Shown piece by piece: positions 13,766-24,400 of a DNA stretch of 64,000 nt. Position 1 is the stretch's first letter. The number at the start of each line of letters is the position of its first letter. A program made the position numbers and the translations under genes. The stretch comes from Protoeuglena noctilucae (lineage: Eukaryota): contig OY253669.1 in NCBI GenBank assembly GCA_958009085.1, forward strand, positions 744,001 through 808,000, written 5' to 3'. Below the pieces are notes generated by a model. That model saw nothing but the letters and a program-made list of their open reading frames with translations. It was not told the origin of the DNA and did no database searches.

Positions 13766-16542
13766 ATGGGGACTCTCCACACAGCCACGGCCACCGTGCC
13801 TCCATCCGGTGCGCGCCAGGCAACAAAATCGCTCGTCTCGTCATCAGCAAACTTTGCGCGGTCCTTGGCGCACCCCGCGCTGCTCAGCAAGCACCTGGTA
13901 ATCGTGTTCCTCAAATACTCACAATCTCACGTGCCAGCTCGTGGTCGCAGCTGCCCTGCGCCTGGAGGCTGAGCGACTTTTGGAGCACTTGCGAGCGCAC
14001 CATGTCCTGCCGGATGCGGTGAAAGAAATCTCAATCCGACAGTTCGCCCACGGCCAATCGAATCCGACCTATCTGCTGACGCCGACCCTGTCGAATGGGT
14101 CGCTCGGGGCAGCGCTCGGTGAGCTGATTGCTGGGAGGGTGCCCTTCATCGCCCTCTTGCTGCTCGCAAACGCACCCTATGCGACACCACACCGTACCCT
14201 CGCGATGCAGTGCTCCGCAAGAAGCCTCCTGGAAAGCTTCTGGAGTCCGCGCACAACGTGGCGCGGGAGTTCAAGGTCATTGCAGCTGTGGGCCACGCGG
14301 GCGTGCCCGTGCCGCGAGCGATTTACCTGTGCCAGGACCCCAAGGTGCTCGGCACGGACTTCTATATCATGTCGCACGTGCGCGGCGTGGTGCACAAGGA
14401 CCCGTCGCTCCCCGGCGTGCCCCCGGGGGTGCGCAACGCCATCTACCGCAGCGCCATCAAGACGCTGGCTTCCATTCACGCCGTCGACCCCGAAGGCGTC
14501 GGCCTGGGCCAGTTCGGGCGCGCGCCAGGGTACGCCGGGCGGCAGGTGCAGCGGTGGCGGGAGCAGTACCTTCGGTCCGTGCCGCAGCCCATGCACGAGG
14601 TCATGCGCCTGGTGCAGTGGCTGGGAGCGCACGTGCCGGCCGCCTCGGACCTGGCGCCCTACGCGCACCCCGGGACGGGCGGCACCCTGGTGCACGGCGA
14701 CTTTCGTCTCGACAACGTCATCTATGAGGAGACGACGCCCTCCCGCGTCCTGGCCGTGCTCGACTGGGAGCTCTCCACCCTCGGGGACCCGCTCTCAGGT
14801 GCCGCTGCAGATGCCGGCGCAGCCAAGGTGCATCGAGACAGCAGCCCAGCGCCGGTCGCTGCGTGAGCGGCGCTGCCAGGCGCTGGGGTGTGAACCCCGC
14901 ACTTACCGCCTGGCTGCTCCTCGCCCCCAGACCTTGCCTACTTCTGCACGGTGTTCCACCTGCCCCATTCAAAGATCCTACCCAGCCTGACTCGGCCCGG
15001 TATGGACCTCCAGGGCATCCCCACAGAGGACGAGCTGGTGGATGCGTACTGTGAGGCACGGGGAGTGCCCAGGCCCCCGGAGCAAGTGTGGAGGTTCTAC
15101 CTTGGGCTGGTGAGGGCTGAAGGACGGCACGCATCCGAAACCTTGCTCGCTGTACTCAGTGGCTCGGCACCTGGGGTGGGCAAATTCACATCGCACTTAT
15201 CGTTCCTGAACAGGCGACGTGCTGCGTTGTCACTGAAACTCTGTCTCTGCAGTTTGTTCAACACCGTACAACACCGCGTGCCCGCGCCCGCAGTCCCTCT
15301 TCCGCGTCTGCGGCATCCTCGCGGGCGTGCACGCGCGGGCCTTGCAGGGTAACGCGTCCTCGGCCAGCGCCCTCGAGTTCGCTGCACCGAGCGTGCAGCG
15401 CGCCATCGCCGTCGCGGCGCTGGGGGTCGTGGGGATCGCCACGGGGGGCGGGGCCTGGGGCCGCGAGGAGCGGGGCCACGCGGCGATCCCCACGCCGACC
15501 CTGGCGTCGCAAGAGGCAGCGGCGGGCGGTGCGAGGGGCGCATTGAGGGGCCGCGAGCATGGGCAGGGTGCTGGGGCAGCGGGGGCCGTGGCAGGGGGGG
15601 CAGAAGGGCGTCACGGGGTCTTGGGTCGCGCCGTGGTGCGTCGGTGGTGGCACCACTGTTGGCGAAGCTTACAACAATGATCACATATGCATGCATGGCC
15701 CGGCTGGCGACCGCAGCGATGGCTTTGCAAGGTGGCTGTGAGACAGGGCCACATGACGTGCATGAATGACTGTAGCTCCCGCACCCCGTCTTGCCGCAGA
15801 TGAGCGCCCCTCCCGGTGTGCTGTCCGGTTCGACCGTCCTGGGAGCGCCACCCTCGCGCATCAAGCCCCTGCTGTCCCGACTCCGCCGCTTCCTCCAGGA
15901 GCACGTCTTGCCCGTCGAGAACACCCTCGCCGACCACGCGAGCGGGTGAGGGGCACCAGTCGCTGTGACAGTGCTAGGCAGCGCATGGGAAGGGGCCTTG
16001 CGGACGCCGGGCAGCACAGCGTGGCACGGCAGCTTTGCGTGACACGGAAAAGATCCACAATGCTTACCATGTCTCATATTTATGTGCATAACACAGCGCA
16101 GTGTGAGGTACCTCAGGCATCGCACCCTGCATGGCCCCCTGCCCGCAGGCCGGACCGGTGGACCATCCCTGCGGCCCAGGAGGCACTGAAAGAGGAGGCC
16201 AAGAGACTGGGACTCTGGAATTTGTGGATCAGCCCCGATCTGGCAGCAGCCATGGCGAACGGGGTGCCTGCATTGCAGTCGGACCTGGCCAGGGTGGAGC
16301 GCGGAGATGGTGGGGATGGCGAAGCGGCAGAGGGCCGGGGCGAGCCCTGGGGGGGTCTGCTGGGGGCCGGCTTGAGGCGAGAGGCAGCGGTGATGCTGGC
16401 TATGCCTTTCAAGCCCTCTCCATCACCCCCCATTCTTTGACAGTTAACACGCTGTCCCCATCTCCACTCCTCATCGCAGTAACGTCGAGTATGCGTTTTG
16501 CGCGGAAATCCTTGGGGAGTGCGGCCCGGCGAGCGAGGCGTG

Positions 16543-16581
<39 letters not shown>

Positions 16582-18050
16582 GGGGCGGTACGGCAGCCCG
16601 GCCCAGAAAGCCGCGTGGCTGCTGCCGCTGCTGCGGGGCGAGGTGCGTTCGTGTTTCGCCATGACGGAGCCGGCCGTGGCGAGCTCGGACGCCACCAACG
16701 TATGCGCCTCGATCCACTGGGACCCCTCGGGCGCCGCGGCGCCAGGCGAGGGCGGCCCGGGGGGCACGCTGACGCTGGACGGTGTCAAGTGGTGGATCTC
16801 GGGCGCTTGCGACCCCCGGTGTCGCGTGTGCCTCTTCATGGGGAAGAGCGACCCCCACGCCGCGCCCCACAAGCAGCAGAGCATCGTCGTTGTGCCCATG
16901 GACACCCCGGGGGTGCGCGTCGTGAGGCCACTCACCGTGGTGAGTGGAGAAGGGTGTGTCAATGCTGCACGACGTTGCACAGGACATGTGACGTGTGATG
17001 TGTCATGACCAAGGAACGCCTGCGTAGCTGCCTACCAAGTCAAACCACGCCCACCCCACACACCTACTCCTTCATGTCTGTTACCACCACCAGCATAGTC
17101 CGCCCGCTCTCTTCTTTACCCACAAAGCAACTCCCTCTCTCTCCCCATCCATCACCGCAGTTCGGCTTCGACGACGCCCCCCACGGCCACGCGGAGGTCC
17201 ATTTCCGGGAAGTCACCGTGCCGGCGTCCAACGTCGTCCTGGGCCTCGGCCGGGGCTTCGAGATCGCCCAGGGGAGGCTCGGCCCGGGCAGGCTGCACCA
17301 CTGCATGCGGCTGATCGGGGCGGGCAACCGCGCGCTGCGCCTCGGGGCCGAGCGGGCGCTGGGCAGGACGGCGTTCGGCAAGCGGCTGGCGGACCTGGGG
17401 AGCTTCCGGGAGAACCTCGCCAAGTGAGTGGAATGGGTCATTTGTGATGGTGATGGTGACTGTGAGGGATCTGTGAAGGGGTTGATCTCCCCACCCGGCC
17501 CTGTGCTCGCCTGTCCAAATCTCTTTGCCATGTCACATCTTGCCCTGCGCTCGCCCGTGCAGGGCGCGGGTGGAGCTGGACGCGGCCCGGCTGCTGGTGC
17601 TCCGTGCCGCCAGTGCCATCGACTGCCTGGGCTCCAAGGAGGCACGTGTCATGGTCGCGGCGGCCAAGGTCGCGGCCCCACAAGCGAGCCTCCGGTGAGG
17701 GGATGTGGGAATGGGTGTGTGAGGCAGGCAGTTTGCGAGGGAAGCGTGTCCGAGTGGTGCTTTTTGGAATGCTGAAGCACCAGAGAGGTACTGGGCTGTG
17801 ACGTGCGATGCAGGCTTGGCAGAGCGTGTTGTGGGACCGTGCACATATGCGTCACGCCAGCGTCGCCCGCCATCGTCTCTCCTGCAGGGCGATCGACGTG
17901 GCCATGCAGGTGCACGGCGGGGCAGGGGTGAGCGGGGACACCCCTTTGGCGTGGCTGTGGGCCCAGGCGCGAACGCTGCGGCTGGCGGATGGACCCGATG
18001 AGGTGCACTGGGGCACGATCGCCCAGGCGGAGCTGCGATCGAGGCTGTGA
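13766..18050 (+). CDS. Acyl-CoA dehydrogenase with N-terminal APH/kinase-like domain (ACAD10/ACAD11/IBR3-type), peroxisomal
   Basis: APH part: [43 protein letters not shown] part: [63 protein letters not shown]-terminal PTS1 SRL*. Confidence 0.92.
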
Positions 18051-18422
18051 GTGATCGCCAAATGCACTTCATGCAAATCACTAAGACGTCACAATCGCTT
18101 CAAGGACTGTTAATACGACTATCCTGTGAATCCGGCGGAACTAGGCTGGCTGGGCGAGTAGACGCTATGTGAATCGCATCGATGCGTGGGAAAGGGAGTG
18201 AAACACGGCAAGCCAAGTACTCTTGCTACCCAAGGATTGCCACAAAGTGTGGTTGCTTTGCTGAGGATCGTGGGGATCTGACGCACGCTGTGCCAGCACG
18301 CAGGGACTGCCAGCAGGCGTGCCGGGGTGCAACACCTACCACCGACCATGACACCACAGCATGGCGCATCGTCGGCTGTGACCAGACCACACCAGGCACG
18401 GCTACCCAACTCCAGCGCCGCT

Positions 18423-21400
18423 TCATGGTGCAACGGAGACGGGTGCGATGGAGTCCTTGCTGTTGGACTTCTGCAGCCACCCGGACGCCAGCACTCGGTC
18501 CTTGGCGTTGGCCAGGCTGTCCAAATGCTCTGCGACCCTGGCCCCGTTAATCACGATCATCACCCACTGCCGGATGCTCGCGAGCGTGGGCGAGGACTTC
18601 TGCGCCTCGGCGTGGGACACCCCGCTGAGCAAGGCCAGGGCCGTGGAGAGCTGCGAGGGCTTGATGGCCGTGACGGGCGCGCCGAGCTTGACATCGTTGG
18701 AACATTCGGACATGAGGACGAGGGCGTTGCGGGGCTCGCTCGACTCGAACGCAAGCTTGGACTTGATCAGCGACCACGCCTTCTCGCGGCCGGAGCCGTC
18801 CGTCAGGTCCAGCTGACCCAGGGCGCGCACGTCGCCCGCGAAGATGAGGCAGTGCATGGCCGCGAGGATCCGCGTCACCTTCTCCGTCGGCTCGCTGCGG
18901 ACGCAAACGGACGCCAACCGGGATATAGTACACTAATGAGTACTACCCAACGCACACAGAGCGAGTGCTAACACTGCGAGTCGTGTTGCAGACGCCCCTC
19001 CTCACGCCGCGTTCCTTGCCAAGGCGTTCTCGGGACTCACCGATGTCCCTTGATCTTCATGAGCTGCTCCTAGCCTCTCAACACTCACCGGTAGCTCTTG
19101 ATCTCCATCAGCTGCTTCTGGAGGTCCTGCAGCGCGCGCACTTGGAACACGACCAGCTTGCTGAGCGTGCCGTACAGGGCGCGGTTGCCGGGGAGGTCGT
19201 CCCGCAGCGTCACCAGCCCGTCCGGGCTCTCCTGCAGCTCCTTCTCCACGCGAACCATGTCCTCCGTGCGCCGCCCGCGCTGCTGCACCCACGTCGACAG
19301 CTCCTGGGCCAGCTGCTGCAGCAGCGCCCCGACGCGCCAGTCCACGTGGGGCTCCGGGTCGAGCTCGGGGTAGTGATCGGCGCGTTTCTGGCAGGCGCAG
19401 AGCTCGCAGGGATCGCGGCCCTCGTCCGCGGTCGCCACGACCCCGCCCAGGATCTGCAGGCCATCCGTGGCGTGCTTGGCCGTGCCCGGGCGGTGGCGCC
19501 AGATGGGCGCGATGGAGACGCCGTGGCGCACGGCCAGGCCCACGAACTCGTCCGACTCGATGCGCTTGGCCATTGTCTTGAAGACGCGGGGCACGTGCTG
19601 CGGGGCAAGCGCCGTTGGGAGCGTGTCTTGTCACACACAGTCACCACCGCACCCAACGCCACTGCATCCCACGCCGTGCCACCGCACCTGCATGCGCATC
19701 ATGGCGCCGTACAGGACCGTCAGCTCGTGCAGCCGGGCCACGCTCATGCCCCCGCCGCCGCCACCGCCGCCGCCGCCCTCTCCCCCGGACTGCCGCGCCT
19801 GCGCCACGGCCTGCGCCACTGCGCCCCCGAAGCCGCTGCCGTCCTTGTTGGGTGGCGTCGGGGGTGGCCCCGGTGTCTTGGTGCCCTGCGTGGACGCATC
19901 TGCCAGCGACCCGAGGCTCGCCGAGCTCCGCTGCCGGGCCTGCTTGCGATTCCACCGTGACTGCGAGCGGTGGGGCAGACACGCTTGTTGGACGACATCC
20001 GCTGTCACGAGGAGCCTGATAATACCAGCCCCGCCATGTTCAGCAACGTGTATAGCAGCGCAGCGGGCCACCCCCCCGCCACCGCCACCGCCACTGCCCG
20101 GGGGGGGGCAGGGACGCTGAGTGACTTGGCATGTCAGGCTCACCCGGTTACCGAACGAGGTGTCGAAGTCCCCCGGCAGCTCCTCCGCCGGCGTCAGCGC
20201 CGCGTTGAGCTCCTGCAAGAAGCGACGCGAGGGGAATGGGCTGGGCTCATGCGTGCGATTCACAGAAGCTGCGCCCGGCCCCGGCACTCCCCCGGCTGCG
20301 GTACCGACCGTCCTGCGCATTGCCAAGCCATCCGCATGCCCTACGCGCCAGGAACCTTGCTTTCATGCACAGTGACTCTCACCCGCGCACGTTTGGTGGA
20401 CACGGGAAGCAGCTCCCCCGTGTACATGACGTCCACCTCGGGCGCCACCTGCACCACGTCGGCAGGGTTCACGGCCGCGAGCCCCAGGCGCTGGGTCAGC
20501 TTGATGACCTCGGGGGGCGGCTTGCTGGGCACCAACTCCCCACGCAGCTTGGTGGTCGTGGCGCCGTCGACCGGCAGCTCCAGCACTGCGAGCGGGGTGG
20601 CAGAAGGACTTGTAGTATGCTCGCAAGAGTCTATGTTCGTCATATCTTAGTGCCATCCGCACGCCAACCTTGCCACACCACCCTTGCCAGCCCCAGCCAC
20701 GCCAACACCAACCCCAGCCCCGCCAGCACCAGCCCCGCCACACCAGCCACTCACCGGTGAGGCGCACGGAGAAGTCCCGCAGCATCTGCCTGGCGACGGC
20801 GTCGAGGTGCTCCAGCAGCAGCTGCGGCGAGGTGGCCTGCGACGTGGCTGCAATGAGCTGCTCCGTGGCGGTGAGGGCCGAGTCCTCTGCTGTGTCGCGG
20901 ACGAACCGCGAAAGCACCGACGAGCGCGCGCCGATCCATCCGTACACGCGGCCCTGCGAGGAGAGCGTCGCAGGGTGGATTACCGGCTGGGTTGGCGGGC
21001 GCAGTGTTGTGCGGGTGAGACACGCATCGACATTGATACTGGCATGCCAATGCTGCCCGAGTGGTATTCGTTGTGAGCGATCCGCCGACATGACGATTCT
21101 CGTCCGTCCGCTCGCCTGGAACTCCGAGGGCAGCCGGGTGAGCGTGAGGGCGGCGAGGTCCGGCCGCTTGCGCGCCAGGGACACGACGAACTCCGCAGCC
21201 ATCTCGGGGTCCATCTGGACCAGCGCGGAGCACATTTTCACCACGTGCTCCTGCACCATCTCCTGCGGGTCCCGCATCTCCCGCTCGCTGATGGCGCGGC
21301 GCATGGCACGGTCTGGCCCCGTTCGGATGGCCATGGACGTGACCTTGGCGAGCGGGGGGCGGCCCTTGCCGCCCGAGGAAGCCTGCGGGGAGCAAGCGGA

Positions 21401-24400
21401 GGCAGGTGGCGATCCAATGCCAGTGCTAGACGGGTTCCACGACAGTCACCCTTGCTCAACCAACTAATCGATCCCAGGGCAACTGAGTGGGCCACTCCAA
21501 GGTGGGAGTGCCAACGATTGGGCCATGGCAGGCAAGGAGTGGGCTAACTGTAAGTGATTAACAAGTGGGCTGCGATTGCGTTCGCGTCGCACCTTGGATG
21601 GCCTCGGCAGCGGCATCCCCTGGCCCGGGGTGGCGCTGGACATAGGCACGGGGCTCGGGGCGCCACTGCGGGAGCTGGGGGTCGTGTCGCCGACTTGGGA
21701 GTTGGAGTGGGAGGACGACTTGCGGACGATGATGCGCTCGGGGACGGAGACCTGGGGGCGGGGGCGGAGGGAGCGAGTCTAGGGAGGTGTCTGCGACAAT
21801 CACAGCGCGACAGTGACCGGTCACGGGCGCTGCAAGCAGCGGCGCCCGGGTGTCTGTCTCGCCTGCGACTCCTTGGCGAGTTTCGTGACTCGGAATTCGA
21901 TCTCCTCCGCCACGCGCACCGCCTCCGCGATCTCTCCCGACGTGACCAGGTCCCGCAGCATCATCTGCGTGGCCTCCTCGGGGGTCATGTCCTTCTCCGC
22001 CCTGAGGGAGAGGATGGTGCGGGTTATATCACATTTGCATCATACGCAAGAGTCGTGTCCTTGTCCTTCCTGAGAGGATGGGGTGCGGACATCCCATCTG
22101 CTCATATCGCATCTGCTCTATGCAAGTCATGTCCTTCTCCGCTATCTGCAGAAGCGCACCGCTGACTTGGGGGTACCCAAGCGACTCCACCCAGCGGCAA
22201 GGGTCAACGGCAGCCCGTCACACACCCGCACCTACACGAGCACCCCGGCAGTCCTCACTGGGGTCCAAGCATCAGCAGAGGTCAAGCGCAGCCTGTCACA
22301 CACCCACACGCACAGAAACACCCCGGCGGACCAGTTGGCTCACTTGGGGTCCACGCGCCGGTTGGTCTTCTTCTTCCCCACGGCCGCGAGGAACTTCTGC
22401 AGGCTCTCCTGCACCGACATGCGCTTGTTGAGGTCGGTGAGGGACACGCGCGCACGCAGGGCCGCCTCCGCGTCCAAGTCTCTCAAAATGCGGTTGTGCT
22501 TCCCGGTGTCCACGATCGCCTCGCAGGCCTGCGCCACGTCGCGCGCCGCGATCCACAGGCGCATCGCCATGTCCACCTCCTCCACGAAGCGCGTGGGGGC
22601 GTCCGAGCGCTGCGGCGGGGGCAAACGGTGCGGTTGAGGACGGCACCAGCTGGTCAGGAATGCGACATAGCGCTGCACGCTGGTCCCCGGCAGCCCAGCG
22701 TTGCGGGCAAGGGAAGGCACGACGATGGCCGGGTCTGCTGCGCCCTGCCCGGCGTGATTGACTGCATGCGGGCAGCATGCGCGTGCAACACCAACGAGTC
22801 TCTCACGTGGAGGGTCATGAGGATTTGCGAGGTCCAGTTGGGTCCGATGAGGTTATGCATCTCCGCGAGCAGAGAGCCGACGCGCGCGGGCTTCATCTGC
22901 CGCATAACCCACACCGCGCGGTCGATGGGCCACTCGCGGGCGAAGGTGACGTCGGACAGCCGGAAGAAGGACAGCATCTGGAGCAGCAGCGTCTCTGCGG
23001 GAAACGAGAGGAGGATAGGGTCAGCAGTAGTGGTTAGCAAAGTAGCGAAGAAGGTGTCGCAATCGCAATTTGTGGTCTTTCGACAGAAGAGAGGCCAGGC
23101 CATCGCGCAGTGCCACTCTGGCTCCGGTGCGTGGCTCACCGGGCAGGGACATGAGGGCGCTGGCCACCATGGTCTGGGTCCGGCAGTTGCGAATGGCGAG
23201 GACGGACGCCACGGGGCCGTTTTCGAGCATCCACACGGCCATCTCGTTCGCGCTCCCCATGTCGTCCAGCGCCGCGCGGTACTGCGTCTCCAGCGACGCC
23301 TCGCTCGCCGTCATCGTCGCCATCACCGCCGGCAGCTCCACCTTCGCCTTCACGCCCTCTGCGCGGGGCAGGGGCAGGGGTGAGAGATGAGAGATGACAT
23401 AGAAGATAAGAGATTAGCAGTAGCCATTCTTCTCGGCGCCGAGTGTGGGCTGAGAGAGTCGCCGTGAGGGACGCCAAAGAACCAAGGAACCCCCACGCAA
23501 GCACTAACAAGGCCCCTCACGTAAGCACTCCGATTACGTGGATCCACCGTCGCTCACCGGACGTCGCGGGTGGCTTGGTGTCGAATATCTTGGTGAGCTG
23601 GCCGAGGATCTTGTGGTGCGTGGCCCGGTAGAGCCCCTTGCGCGCGTGCTGGTACTCGGCGCACGCCGCAAACACCTTCTGCAGGTTGCTCTCGTCGCTC
23701 TCCGCGAGTCCCCGCACCACGGCGTGCACGCGCGCCTCCTCCATCTCCACCAGCGTGTGGCCCACAAGCTGCTCGTCCATGTGCTGCGGAGGAGGGCGCA
23801 GAGAGCGCAGCGTGAGCCGAACAGCGTGAGCCGAGGCGCTCTGGCCGACAGCATGGGCATTCAGCACCAACTGCAACATGGCATTATCGGCCGCGGATGC
23901 AAGCTGGCATGGACAAGTATCCCGCAACCACCTCAATGGCGGGTGCACTTGAACTGTGCCAGGCCGAGTCGCCCACACCACTGCCACTGCCTCCTCACCT
24001 TCAGCACCTCCGCAGCCACTGCCTCCTCACCTTCAGCACCTCCACCGCCTCCGCGTCCTCGACCCTCGCCAGCACCGCCGAGCGCAGGCTGGCCGGCAAG
24101 GGCTGCAGCAGCTGCGCCACGATCGGCGGGTCCGTGCCCTTGGCAGCCGAGTGGATGGCGTAGAACTGGCCCCCTTTCCACGCGGCGATGGTGAACAGCG
24201 GCGCGTGCGGCACGCCCCCCGTCGACCCCGGCAGCCACCGGCGCAGATCCTTGAGATTCTTTCCCCTAGCCACCTGCTCCGCCAGCTCCGCGGCGTTGAC
24301 GGCCACGGCAACCGCCTGCAACACGCCCACGCTCGAGGACGTCTGGCTCTGGGCGAGCCTGGGGTGGAGGGGCGGAGGGGCGCGGGTCAGAGGGCCGGCG

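Noticed and set aside
15500..15799. GC donor in the ACAD interdomain linker
   Set aside because: A phase-0 donor is needed and the best candidates are GC, but the linker is unconserved and the site cannot be pinned. Not counted.
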